A stretch of DNA of 63,815 nt, filler included, from Octopus bimaculoides (GCF_001194135.2; 6 parts of 6 records of this genome joined end to end with filler, not necessarily neighbours in it); one strand, 5' to 3'; shown: positions 37,890-51,893, numbered from the whole stretch's first letter. A program made the numbers and translations. Notes: generated by a model from the sequence alone, not told the origin.

Positions 37890-39680
37890 CTCCAATGGGA
37901 GAAGGAGAATCTGCCTACTGTGGATCCAACAGAGGAACCAGCAATTTGAATAAGCAGTAGCATGGTAGATAAAGCCATGAAGGATAGGAAAACCAGGAAA
38001 GCCCCTGGCCTATCAGGAATCACTGTTGAGATGCTTAAAATATCTGGCAGTGTGAGTTATGGTCTAATCACCCGTATAGTTAATCAAGTTATTCACAAGG
38101 GAGTCATACCCCATGACTGGTGAAGCAGCTACAAAGGTATGCCTTAGACAAAAATAATTACAGAGGTATCAAATTATTAGATCAGGCAGTGAAAGTTATG
38201 GAGAGGGTCATAGCCCAACTAATTAGGAAGAGAACTTAGTCTAGATGAGATGCAATTTGGTTTTGTGCCAAGGAGAAGCACCACTGATGCTATATTTCTA
38301 GTAAGGAAGTTGCAGGAGAAGTACCGAGCCAAAAATAAACCCCTGTACTTGGCTTTTGTTGACATGGAGAAAACCTTCAACAAGGTCTCCTGCTCCCTTA
38401 TCTGGTGGTCAATGTGGAAAGTAGGGATAGATGAGAGCTGTACAAGCCATGTACAGGAATGCTATCAATAAGGTGAAGGTTGGCAATGAATTCAGAATAC
38501 AGATAGGGGTTCACCAAGGGTCAGTCCTTAGCTCCCTCTTGTCCATCATAGTCCTCTAGGCAATAACAAAGGAATTTAAGTCAGGCTGCTCTTGGGAGCT
38601 CCTCTATGCTGAATCACTACCAGAACTAGAGAAGAAATTTCAGGTGTGGAAGCAAAGTCTAGAAGTTAATTTAGCAAAAACCAAAACCTTTAGTGAGTGG
38701 GAAAGCAGACAAATCACAAATTCCTTCTCAATATGCAGAAAAGGCATAGGCAGAAATTCTATAAGATGTACCCAATACAAGCTATGGACACATAAGAAGT
38801 GCAGCAATATCAGAGGAAGGTTAACAAGGAAAATAACAGATGCACAGGTACAATTAACACTGGAAATATACAGAAAATAAACTCCATCAAATACCAGGTG
38901 GGTTACCTAGAAGTAGTTGATAGCTTCTGTCGTCTAGGTGACCAAGTCAGCTGTTGAGATCAATGTTCCGAGACTGTAGCTGCTAGAATAAGAATAGGCT
39001 GGGTAAAGTTCAGAGAGCTCCTACCTCTGTTGGTAACTAAGAGCCTTTCCTTCAGAGTAGAAGGAAGATTGTATGATGCCTATATGTGAACAGCCATGCT
39101 ACATGGCTGTGACTGCTGAGAACATGTGTGGAAATAAAGCAAGCATGATTCGTTGGATGTGCAATTTCAGTGTGCATCTATGACAGAATGTAAGCATCTT
39201 GAGAGAAAAACTGGACATAAGAGGCATCAGATGTGATGTGCAAGAGACAACTGTGCTGGTTTGGTCATGTGATACATATGAACGAGGACAGCTGTATAGA
39301 GAAGTGCTGGCCTTTAACTGTGGAGGGAACCTGTAGAAAAAGTAGACCCAGGTAAACATGGGACAAGGTGGTGAAACATGATCTTTGAACATTGAGCCTC
39401 ACAGAGGCAATGACAAGTGACCAAAACCTTTGGCAACATGCTGTGCTTAAGAAGACTTGTCAAGCCAAGTGAAATTGTAATTGTGGCCAATACCAGTGTC
39501 ATGTAACAGGCATGTGAAAGACACCCCTTACATTCTTGGAGTGGTTGGCATTAGGAAGGGCATCTAGCCATAGAAACCATACCAGATTAGACTGGATTTT
39601 GGTGCAGCTCTCTGGCTTACCTGTTCCAGTCAAACCATCTAACCCATGCCTGCATGGAAAACAGATACCAAATGATAATG
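37890..39680 (+). mobile_element. RTE-clade LINE, 5'-truncated, in a TAF3 intron
   Basis: KAPGLSGITVEMLK, QFGFVPRRSTTDAIFLVRKLQEKYRAKNKPLYLAFVDMEK, GVHQGSVLSSLL, RIGWVKFRELLPLL. Ends in the family C tail. Confidence 0.9.
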
Positions 39681-39812
39681 TGTGTGTGTGTGTGTGTGAT
39701 AGAGGAATAGTGTTATAAAGTTGTATAAATATTTTGTGTTGAGTAAAGATTCTGAATGCATTTACTTACCAGTGGAGTTGAGAATATATTTGAAATTATT
39801 TTTTCTTTATAG

Positions 39813-41577
39813 GTTGACCAATAATAATTTGCCTGAAGAAGCTGGACATTCGCAGTATGAAATGACTGGTGTGAAGATGTTGCCTTCTGGTTTATTGTCT
39901 CCTATGAAGAACGAAGGAAAGCTTCCTGATGCTTCTCTTCCACAGATCTTTACACCTGTTGAGAAAAAGAAGGAACCTGTTGTTAAAGAAATTCCAAAGA
40001 AAATTGTGGCCGGAGTGACAGGTGATGGTTCAAAATTAGAAGATAAAGAAAACATTACAGTGAAAAAGACCAACAGTAATCAAAAGGATCCTGGAAAAGT
40101 CAATCCTACAAAAACACCTGCGAAATCTATCAGTAAAAATAGTTCTAATCTTCCTCCGAATAAAACAGTGAAAAAAAATTCAATTGCTAAAGGAAAAATC
40201 ACTAAAATAACAAAGAAATCAGCTAATAGAACTGTGGTAGCAGCCAAATCATTAAAAGGAAAAGTAATGAATAAAAACTCTGTGAAGAATGTATCTAATA
40301 AAAGCTCAGCAAAGAATGTTTCTAATAAAAACTCATCTAAAACTGATGGTGCACCACCTGGAAGTCCAGGAAGTTGCTTGAAAGAGCTTTTGCTTCATCC
40401 AAAAGCAGAAAAGAGTAAAACAACAAAAGTTGATAAGAAGCTTCCTTATTCTTCATCCCCTTCTATTAAGGCTGGTGGTACTCCTGTTAAAGTACCAAGT
40501 AATTTATTAATGCCTGCCAATGCAATGGCAATGTCTAAGAACTTGCATTCGCTTCCAGAAGATGATAGTTCAACAGATGAATCACCAGAGCCACGTCTTA
40601 TTATTGCCGAGTCAGATCCAAAACCCAAAGAGAAAGGTGACTCAAAGTGGGGAAAATCTGCCAAGTACGATAGTATTCAAGGTGGTGGTAAGAAAGGAGA
40701 GCAATCAGCTCAGGACAAAAGTAAAGCTGGTACAACAAGCACTGGGCCTAAAGAAAAGAAAACTGCAGCACAAAAGAAAAAGAAGGAACCAGTCAAGAGA
40801 AGTACATCAGAAAGTATTGATGCTTGCATCAACACAGTGGTGCGCAACTATAGTGCTGCAGCCACCCGAGAGAGAAAACAAAGGGAGCTTGATGCAATAC
40901 CCAAAACAGATGCAGATGCATTGGTTGCTGCTGCGACTGCTGCCGTTGTGTCTGCAGCTGCAGCAGCCACAGCATCTTCAGCGGCTCTTAACTCAACTGC
41001 TGTTTCTAAACCTTGCGTTAAATCTGAAAACCTAGAAGTAGTTAAGAAAGGAGACAAAAAGCCACAAAAGAAGAAGAAAAATGTGACAAAGGAAAAAGTA
41101 AAGAAATTGAAAGCAAAAACTGTTGATGAACTAAATGACAAAGAAAATGCTGAAGTGCCTGATAAACTCAAGGAGAAACTGCAACAAAATGTACAACACC
41201 AGAACTCACCTGGTCCTGACAGGACTCCACTCGCTTGTCCTGATAGATATGCTTCAGAAGCCTGGAAAATCTATGATTTTGATGGCAGTCCACCTGTGTC
41301 ACGTTGCTGTTCATCACCAACTCAAGGTACCTCTTCCCTTAGTGTATCACCTTCTCCTAAGCAGATGTCACCTACAGTTATGGATTCACTCACTTTGCTT
41401 TCAACAGCTGCAACAAGTGCAGCAAATGCAGCCATGGGAATGCTTCCTTCAACTCCATTTATGCCTACAGATTCGAGTAATATGTCAATGCAAGATACTG
41501 ACCTTTCACAGCTTAAAATGAAAATTGGGCTCAAGAAAGGTGGCAAAGGGAAAATAAAATCGAAGCTGAAATCAAAG
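39813..41577 (+). CDS. TAF3: TAF3 coding exon 4 (long Lys/Ser-rich disordered region)
   Basis: Part of ORF 39721-41601. Acceptor ttttctttatag at 39812, donor gtaagt at 41578. EMTGVKMLPSGLLSPMKNEGKLPD resembles the invertebrate TAF3 SGFLSPAREGKLP motif. Confidence 0.85.
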
Positions 41578-43129
41578 GTAAGTCAGATTAGAAGAGAATA
41601 AATAAAATTAAAAAGCCAAAAAAGATTATTCTAATTCAGGAAAGAGAAAATTAATTCTTTCACAAATCACTAAACTGAGACTTAACTCTGTTTTCTATGT
41701 AATTTTAAGAAAATATGAGACAAATCTTTCCCTGGATAAGATGCCAGTCTATTGCAGTTAACTTTTTCACAAGATAAGTAAAACTCAGCATTCCAAGCTA
41801 ACAAAGCACTGGTTAATTTTGCAATGCTACTGGTAATTACAGTGCAATGTCATTCTGCTCTAGTTCTCTTATGTTTATCAGCTGTGTGTGGTCATAAGTC
41901 TCTTCACTATTAGCACAACACATTGCTAGTGACAATACAAACGACTGGTTGTTTAGTGTGCCATGGATCTCATAATTCTTGTGGCTAATTTTTACAAGAT
42001 TTTTATTGAAGAATTATTTTATAAATTTGAACACTTTATTCCTCTGTTTGTCTACGATTTCCCTTCTTTCTCTGTTTAACCTAACACTAAATCTACTAGT
42101 ATAGAAGGGAGGTCAATTTCATTAAATGATTAATGAATGGTATGCCCAAGGGAATCTGCATTTAGAGATATTACTGTATATAAATTCCACTTTTCAAATT
42201 AAATATCGTACTGTAATAAGAATAATAACAACTAGTGGAACCTGTGAATATTTCACGGAATTAATGGTTAACTTATTGGGTTATTTCTGGAAACTATTCA
42301 AAAATCTGAAAGTGTAGCCTGTGTTGTGTCTGTATCAAAAGATAGCTGCTCACCTGCTAATCATTGAAAAGTGAGAGAAATTGGAATATGATTGCTTAAT
42401 GCACTTTATATATACACTTTATATATTTTATGCACAATTTTATAGACTTAATACACAGCACTCCCCCTCTTCCTCTCACTCTTTGCCATACCCTCTTTTT
42501 CTCTCTCCTTTTTTTTTTTGCTTTTCGCCTTTCCCGTCAACTAATCACATGAAAGCATTACAGATGGCAAAGTAACAGAGGGGAAAAACATAGTTCAAAA
42601 ATAAAAATTACACATTTCACTCATCACTACCTCCCCCTCCCCTTCAACTAACCATGTGGAAATGTTATGAATGGGCTACATAACGGAGGAGCAAGCAGAA
42701 TTATTATAAGATATATATTGCTTTGTTGAGTAGGTTATGGAAGTACCCTTGTAGGCTTGAGATTTACTACTTGTTGGTGAGCTCCAAGACAGATCTGATC
42801 CAGGAGTTTTATGATCAAGAACATTTCAATATGATAATCTCATCTATTTTATTTTCAGGCACAGTGCATCTAGGTCCACATTATCCAATGTATCCTTCCA
42901 CTTTTAAGATTTTAGGAGGATTTGACTGTTGTTTTAGCAGGTTGAGTAATCACATAGAGACTCCTTCAATTTATCCAACCAATATCTTTATGAAACCATT
43001 GAATATTAGCTAACATGTTTTACATCCATTTTTTTCTGTTATTAAGTGTAGGGTTGTTGTGGTTTTTGATATTTGAAAATATATTTCTCTAAACTAAATT
43101 AAAGATTTTACTCAACTGTGAATTGGAAG

Positions 43130-43440
43130 TGGTTCTGAATTTTAGCTTGAGTTATGCTGAGTCTATGCTATGGGGAGGTACATTCTTTACTAAGGAGGGT
43201 CTTTGTATCTAAGAGCAACCATGCATTCTGCTGTCTGGTAAGAATGAAATCGATCTGGGTAGCAGAGTTGATTGATAAGTTATCAGGTGGCTGGCTGGCT
43301 TCTTGAAGTTGGTGTTGCAGATCAGAAGGTTATTTGTATCACGGCTTCTTGAAGTTGGTGTTGCAGATCAGAAGGTTATTTCACTAATTTCAGAGTAATC
43401 ATTCTGCCAATATCCAAAGTGCTATACTCTTTCTACCAGT
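43130..43440 (-). mobile_element. RTE LINE APE-endonuclease fragment with an internal tandem duplication
   Basis: Minus-strand NNLLICNTNFKKPASHLITYQS / TQIDFILTRQ. The ggcttcttgaagttggtgttgcagatcagaaggttattt segment occurs twice in tandem at about 43298-43382. Confidence 0.7.
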
Positions 43441-43549
43441 AACCTTGTAGTCTGTTGAGTATTCTTGCCTGTACTTTTTGTGTTACTGAAGTCATCAGCC
43501 TACCTCTGATGGTAATTTGTCACCTCTAACTTTAGTGGTTATTTTCTAG

Positions 43550-43672
43550 ATAAAAGAACACAAGAAGGAAAAGAAAGATAAAAAGAAAGACAAGGAGAAA
43601 AAGAAGAAAACAAAAGAAAGAGAAGAGAAAAAGCAAAAGGATAAAGAACGAATCAAAGAGGATAATTATCAG
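43550..43672 (+). CDS. TAF3: TAF3 coding exon 5 (KEKK-rich); no later exons, including the PHD finger, were found in the window
   Basis: Acceptor attttctag, donor gtaagt. IKEHKKEKKDKKKDKEKKKK...EDNYQ, phase 0 to phase 0, matching the KEK-rich tract typical of TAF3. Confidence 0.85.
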
Positions 43673-43714
43673 GTAAGTGATGTAATTTTATTCAGTTTTA
43701 TTAAATGACTTCAT

Positions 43715-43954
43715 TCATCATCATCATCATCATCGTTTAACGTCCGCTTTCCATGCTAGCATGGGTTGGACGATTTGACTGAGGACTGGTGAAACCGGAT
43801 GGCAACACCAGGCTCCAGTCTGATTTGGCAGAGTTTCTACAGCTGGATGCCCTTCCTAACGCCAACCACTCAGAGAGTGTAGTGGGTGCTTTTACGTGTC
43901 ACCCGCACGAAAACGGCCACGCTCGAAATGGTGTCTTTTATGTGCCACCCGCAC
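43715..43954 (-). mobile_element. SINE family C, inverted relative to the copy at 32244-32574
   Basis: 43723-43954 is the exact reverse complement of 32343-32574 (232 bp, by manual comparison). Confidence 0.9.
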
Positions 43955-44281
43955 NNNNNNNNNNNNNNNNNNNNNNNNNNNNNNNNNNNNNNNNNNNNTT
44001 AATTAATTAANNNNNNNNNNNNNNNNNNNNNNNNNNNNNNNNNNNNNNNNNNNNACCACATGGTTCCGGGTTCAGTCCCACTGCGTGGCACCTCGGGCTA
44101 GTGTCTTCTACTGTAGCCTCGGGCCGACCAAAGCCTTGTATATATGTATGTGTGTGTACGTATGAATGTATATGTGTATATATATATGTGTATATGTGTG
44201 CGCATGTGTGCATGTGTGTATATATATATATATATATATGTGTGTATGTGCGTCATTGTTTGTCCCCCCCCCCATCACATA

Positions 44282-44315
<34 letters not shown>

Positions 44316-44617
44316 GAAATATATATATATATACTCCTTTACTTGTTTCAGTCATTTGAATGGGGCCATGCTAGTGCACCGCCTTTTAGTCGAGGAAATC
44401 GACCCCAAGACCCCAAGACTTATTCTTTGTAAGCCTAGTACTAGTCGAACCGCTAAGTTACGGGGACGTAAACACACCAGCATCGGTTGTCATATATATG
44501 TATATATATATATATACACACATGCACACACACATATACACACATATATATACACATATACATTCATACGTACATACATACATACATACATACATACATA
44601 CATACGTACATACATAT

Positions 44618-44648
<31 letters not shown>

Positions 44649-45999
44649 ATTATAAGGGCAACTACTGAGTAGTGCTGCATGCTAGAAGCATTTAATATTG
44701 CTTGAAGTTGCATAAATATTGTTTATATTTATAAAATTGTATACTTTGTATTAATTTTTACCTAAATGGTTTATTACATGCAATCTACTTGATAAAATAC
44801 TATATAGATTTTAACCTTGATTATAATGATATATATATATATATATATATATAAATGTATGAATGCAAACCTGTGTCTATCTACATATACCGGTTGTAGT
44901 GCATCTGTATTCCTATTCATATATGAATGCATATGTATATGTGCAATAAACGCAATGATATTTACAGAGAAGTCTTTATTGGTGAAAATGGGTGTCCCAG
45001 TTGTATAGCAGGAAAACCAGAGATAGAAGAAAAAAGAAGGGAATGAAGGAAAAAAAAAGAGATAAAGACTGTATAAAGATTGTTATGAAGAATATGACGG
45101 AATAATAGAAAAATAGAAATAGAGTCTTACAATTAGACGTCTCCCACTCATTGCATTTATAGCTCTGAATATCCATATATAAACGTATTGGATCATTTGA
45201 CGGTCTCGATGAAATGACCGGTTGGGTTTTATTTAATATTGCATGAAGTTGCATGAATATTGTTTATATCTGTTCCATTGTGTTGAATGATTTATCTACA
45301 TTACCTCTTATTGAAACGGTCGTAACCGATTAATAAACGTGAAATTAATATCTTCGTTCTGTCATTCGTTTTACGCACACGCGCGCGCGCGCACGTACGC
45401 ACGCACGCACACACACATGTATGCATACGCGCATGCATACGCGCACATCTATCAATCTATTTATTTGTACATATCCTCCTAGAGGCCATTGTATGCTTCT
45501 CGTCCAGCACCCCGCCTCGTGTCTTTATTAATTACCACTCGGCCATGGCTGTGTTTTCCCTTTCTTGTATCCTTCCCCATAACACCCAATTCCCAGTCGT
45601 ATAATCTAATTTATCTGCTTAAAACATTTAATACCAAAACTGAAATCTCACCTCTATGAAAAAATGAAGAAAAAATAATAGAATTCTTTACGCATCAATG
45701 ACTATCACTTTCACTATCGAAATTCAAAGCTATCTCAATTAAACACTCCACCATACCCATTTATACCACACAACACAAGCCAGAATTTTAACTTCCCCAA
45801 CTCCTTTCTATTTAGATATATTTTCTAATTACTCAGCCAGACACTCGACTTCACGTATCCAATCCACTTAGCAAGTCAAGCCCATACTTTCCGCACTGAG
45901 GCTAACATTTTAAAATGATTACAAATAAAAACGAGAACCAATTCATTCCTGCAACACGTAGACAACATCATTCATTCAAGATATATTCCTTTATTCGTT

Positions 46000-46485
<486 letters not shown>

Positions 46486-46674
46486 GACAAGACGCTAACT
46501 GTTCAAGGATTCTTGCAGGAGATGAAGTTATGAGCCACTGCAAGGTATTGGATTTTCCAAAACTCACTATAAAACCCTTACTTTACAAACGTATTGGGTT
46601 GTTTCTTTTGGAGTAAACTACACATATAAATCCATCCATAATTATACACATATTAATATATTCACACACATAAG

Positions 46675-46726
<52 letters not shown>

Positions 46727-46758
46727 CATATAGATTAGATAAATAGATAGATAGATAA

Positions 46759-46797
<39 letters not shown>

Positions 46798-47301
46798 CAT
46801 AGNNNNNNNNNNNNNNNNNNNNNNNNNNNNNNNNNNNNNNNNNNNNNNNNNNNNNNNNNNNNNNNNNNNNNNNNNNNNNNNNNNNNNNNNNNNNNNNNNN
46901 NNNNNNNNNNNNNNNNNNNNNNNNNNNNNNNNNNNNNNNNNNNNNNNNNNNNNNNNNNNNNNNNNNNNNNNNNNNNNNNNNNNNNNNNNNNNNNNNNNNN
47001 NNNNNNNNNNNNNNNNNNNNNNNNNNNNNNNNNNNNNNNNNNNNNNNNNNNNNNNNNNNNNNNNNNNNNNNNNNNNNNNNNNNNNNNNNNNNNNNNNNNN
47101 NNNNNNNNNNNNNNNNNNNNNNNNNNNNNNNNNNNNNNNNNNNNNNNNNNNNNNNNNNNNNNNNNNNNNNNNNNNNNNNNNNNNNNNNNNNNNNNNNNNN
47201 NNNNNNNNNNNNNNNNNNNNNNNNNNNNNNNNNNNNNNNNNNNNNNNNNNNNNNNNNNNNNNNNNNNNNNNNNNNNNNNNNNNNNNNNNNNNNNNNNNNN
47301 N

Positions 47302-47334
<33 letters not shown>

Positions 47335-48199
47335 GTATTTGACTGGATACGGCTACTTCGAAAGATGGAAGAAGTTTGTAGAGAAACGATTTTACTTTGA
47401 GTATTGGCAAATTCAATCCCTCGCATTTTATGTTTAAAAGTTAAAAATTTAAGTGTCGTAATTATTACATCCTTGTATGTTGCTTCTATACATATTTCAA
47501 TGATTACAATGGTGAATAAATTGCTAAAGGGGATCCGCGATTAGTGATTAAGTTAAACAACATGATTATTGATACAATATAGTTGTTCTGGTGAATACAT
47601 CTTATAAATTTACAAAGAATCTACTATATTAGTTTAATTGGATATAAACCAAACCTTGTAAGTTCTTTATAAGAACAGAATAACGGTGAATATAAGCATT
47701 TCACGTAATACACGCATAATGAGTGATATGTATCCATTATATTCGTTTTAAAAAGAAAATATAAATATAGTATGTAATGAATTAAATTACTGTATTAAAT
47801 TCCTTGCAAAATTATATGAAGCGAGTATTCATTAGATCTGCTGTCGTATGTCGATAATTTAATCTGTTTAACTTAATCTGCTAACCACAGTTCACGTCTT
47901 GCAATCTTTTGTCAATTCTGTCATAGAAAATATCCCCTCAAGCAATACATGAGGATGTAATAATTATAACAGTTCAATCATAGGCATATAAATATCTGTT
48001 CTATAACATAATTGCTATTATGCATCTACTTAAATGTTATTTACATTTTTCAATGAACGGAATATTGCGTATATAAAAGAAATGATAGCAAAAACATGAC
48101 CCAAGTTAGCAAACTATATCTACAGTACATAGATATTTAGAATAAATCTACTTCCATAGTTGATACGTAAAGTACTTATCTAGGCCTAAACCAGAACTA

Positions 48200-48900
48200 G
48201 AACAGAATACGGGAGAGACTGGTTTGAGGATCAGTGTAGAGAAGGCCAAAACAATGAACGTTACAAGTGATGACTGTGATGAACCACTACCAGACGATCA
48301 ATCAGCAAAATATCGAGACGGTTGTCATTTATCTGGTTAGCGTCATAGGTAACAATGGCGATAATGAAACTGATATCAATCATAGAATTGACAAAGCTGC
48401 AACCCTATTCCAGAGAATGTGTGCTTTCTGGTTTTCCAATATCGTCAGCTTACACACAAAAATCTGGCTCTATAATAGCATAATTCAACCAACAATAGTC
48501 TATGCTAGAGAGACATGGAAGAGCATTATCAAAATTGACGGGGAGTTAGATGTGTCCCACCAAAGATGCTTAAAAAAGATTCTGAGAACATACTGGCAAA
48601 ACCACGTAACAAATGAAAGAATTCAAATGAAAGCCAACACAAAACCACTTAGTGGAATCATTACATATTCCGGCTATCAGAACAATGTCGTTCTATAACA
48701 GTTTTCAAATGGACATCCTTAGAGGGTAAAAGAAAGTTAAGAAGACCACAGCCGACAAGGCGCATAACATTCATAACCTACATGAGAGAGGCCAATATCA
48801 CAAGGCCAGATATAGAGAAAACCACAGTCAGCAGGAACCAGTGACATTATCTTGCTGCTGCCCAAGATGTTAGAAAGCATAGGAGGAATTGATACTAATA
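48200..48900 (+). mobile_element. RTE-like LINE fragment (post-RT region)
   Basis: GLRISVEKAKTM, DINHRIDKAATLFQRM, KIWLYNSIIQPTIVYARETW, QRCLKKILRTYWQNHVTNE. Confidence 0.8.
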
Positions 48901-49342
48901 TTTGGGTGATAGATTGGTGGAAATGTTAGAGTATTGAAGGAGATGCCGTGTCGTATTTGCTCTGGTTCTTTACGTTCTGAATTCAAATCCCGTCACATAT
49001 TTGGGACATCTGGTTTAACAACACAACCTGTCTTTTGGCTGCCTTTACTAGAGCCCGTTCTGTTGTAAGCATTTAGACCAGACTCCTGGTTTGAGGATAT
49101 CTTCCCAACCCATTCATCTCAGAGGTAAAAAAAAAATAACGTTCATGGGCATTGTCCTTCCCTCGTTACTAAAAGAGGAGAAGAATATTGTTGATTGACA
49201 TATTCCTTGAATGTGTACTTCAAATTATTACTATGTTTCAATAATCCTCATCAGAATCAAAGCTAGATAAAATATATTAGATACGAAACTGTAAAGAAGT
49301 CTATACAAGAAACATGTAAGGAATATCTATGGAGAGATATGT

Positions 49343-49350
49343 AGCAAAAG

Positions 49351-49431
<81 letters not shown>
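49343..49431. repeat. (ATT)n microsatellite
   Basis: Uninterrupted tandem ATT run. Confidence 0.95.
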
Positions 49432-49432
<1 letters not shown>

Positions 49433-49933
49433 TGAGACGAAAGGATTATTATTACATTAATTAAGGTATATTTAAATCCAACTGCTAATAAACGATCACT
49501 TTTATAAAACCTCAATATTCATAATATATATCTAACTAGTTAATAAACAGTATTCTCATAGAATATTATCATCTAATTATGAATACGCAAAAGCAGAAAA
49601 GAATATTTAATAGCATGAGATCAAAAGGAGGTAATTAGATCTGATATTCTCGGGAAATATATCATATAATAAAGTTCTATTCGAAAGTGGATTCTAAACA
49701 ATGAGCGGACAAAATTAGATTAAGTTAATAACTTAATGGGTGTAATCGGAATTATACATTCATGTAAGCAAAAATATAGAACTGGTTTATAATTACAGTA
49801 TAACTCCCTAAAATTTGATTATTCAGTATAGTTACTGGTTTACGATTAATGAAAATTACATACGTGCGCGCGCGCACACACACATATGCATATACATTCG
49901 TAAACAATCACTTTCAAATTTAATGGTAAAATT

Positions 49934-50311
49934 AGGCGCAGGAGTGGCTGTGTGGTAAGTAGCTTGCTTACCAACCACATGGTTCTGGGTTCAGTCCCAC
50001 TGCGTGACACCTTGGGCAAGTGTCTTCTATTATAGCCTCGGGCCGACTAAAGCCTTTTGAAAGGATTTGGTAGACGGAAACTGAAAGAAGCCCGTCGNNN
50101 NNNNNNNGTGTGTCTGTGTTTGTGTCCCCAACATCGTTTGACAACCGATGCTGGTGTGTTTACGTCCCCGTAACTTAGCGGTTCGGCGAAAGAGACCGAT
50201 AGACTAAGTACTAGGCTTCCAAAGAATAAGTCCTGGGGTCGATTTGCTCGACTAAAGTCGGTGCTGCAGCATGGCCGCAATCAAATGACTGAAACAAGTA
50301 AAAAAGTAAAG
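49934..50311 (+). mobile_element. SINE family A, best-preserved copy
   Basis: tRNA-like head (ggctgtgtggtaagtagc A-box, gggttcagtccc B-box), CORE-like gtgacaccttgggcaagtgtcttc, internal microsatellite position (10-N gap), 3' part ending gactgaaacaagtaaaa. Confidence 0.9.
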
Positions 50312-51084
50312 CAGTGTAAGGTAATGAGATCTATGTATTTAGGACAAAGGTACACACACACACACACATACGCACGCACGCACGCACGCACGCACGCAGA
50401 GACACACTCACATACACACAGTCACACACAACTTCGAGTTCTATTTTGGAAAGTAATGGACAAAGATAATCAATGATGAATGAAATACGTGGAAAGCATC
50501 AATATAAACATTCGATATTGAATTATTTGAGAAGTGTTTATCGAAATCGGTGAAGGATCCATCTAGGTTCAACAGAAACCTGTCGAGATAAGAGGTAAGT
50601 TGATAGAGTAGGCATGTTTAAAAAAAAAATTGTGACGTGATGTTATTCTCTCCGACTTCTTTGGAATAGTTCCATGGCAAAAAGAGTACGAATGGTTCTG
50701 GTGTGGTAAGAAAACACATTATTTATTTGTTAACTGCGATTGGTTTAGCTTTTTAAACATACTCGAACACAGTTCATAGGGTTCATACTTCGTAAGCTTC
50801 CATATGTACTCAGACAACAACGTTGTGTTTCTTCTCTCAGGATATAAGAATTGAATTGTGTTTTGAAGTTAGCAGTAAATCCTGTTTATGCCTTACGAGA
50901 ATAAAGTATATTTTACTAAGCATTTATACACAATGTACTTAGGAAGCAGGAATCAAAAGAGCAAACTTTGGGGTTGGTACAATTACAAAAGTTGGTGGTT
51001 AGTAATATATATTCGTTTTGATAATTTACAAGATACAATCAAGTTTAAAACTGTAATATTATAAAGTAATATTATATACGTATA

Positions 51085-51470
51085 GGAACAGGTGTGAATG
51101 TGGGATAAGAAGCTTGCTTCGCAGCCACATGGTTCTGAGTTTGGACCCACTGCATGGCACCTTGGGCAAGTGTCTTCTACTATAACCTAGGGCTATAGTA
51201 GAAGACACTTGTAAATGAATTTGGTCGACGGAAACTGAAAGAAGCTCGTCGTATATATATGTATTTATGTGTGTTTGTGTCTGTCAACCGGTGTTGGTGT
51301 GTTTACGTTCCCGTAACATTAGCGGTTCAGCAAAATAAACCGATAGAATAAGTACCAGTCTTTTAAAAAAGAAATAAGTATTGGGGTCGATTCATTCGAC
51401 TAAAAATTCTTCAAGACAGTGTCCCAGCATGGCCGCAGTCTAATGACTGAAACAAGTAAAAGATAAAAGA
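51085..51470 (+). mobile_element. SINE family A
   Basis: Same head, CORE-like block, short (TA)/(TG) centre and 3' half. Confidence 0.85.
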
Positions 51471-51654
51471 TATACATATAATATCAGTTTGTCTATCTAT
51501 CTGTCTATCTCACGACCCATACAAATACAGACACGTAGTTTATATTTTCATGAAAAACCGCAAACCAGTCAGTACATTAAAAGAGGTAGAAACGTGGAGA
51601 ATCATAAGGTTTCGTACTGTTGAAGTAGATCAAACATTATCTCTAGTCGTTGTC

Positions 51655-51695
<41 letters not shown>

Positions 51696-51847
51696 TCTGG
51701 CTCTCACTCTCTCTGGCTCTCACTCTCTCTGGCTCTCACTCTCTAGCTCTCCCTGTGTCTTTATCCACATACATGCATTTATATTTATCTATATCTCTAT
51801 ATATATCCCTTTACACACACACACACACACACACACACCCACCCACA

Positions 51848-51893
<46 letters not shown>

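Noticed and set aside
39807-41546. Antisense and alternate-frame ORFs over TAF3 exon 4 and over engrailed (61060-63420)
   Set aside because: Shadows of real low-complexity coding sequence, with no independent motifs or splice support.
49600-49860. Cluster of TAAT/TAATTA homeodomain-like sites as a possible engrailed enhancer
   Set aside because: Expected by chance in very AT-rich DNA, and separated from engrailed by scaffold joins.
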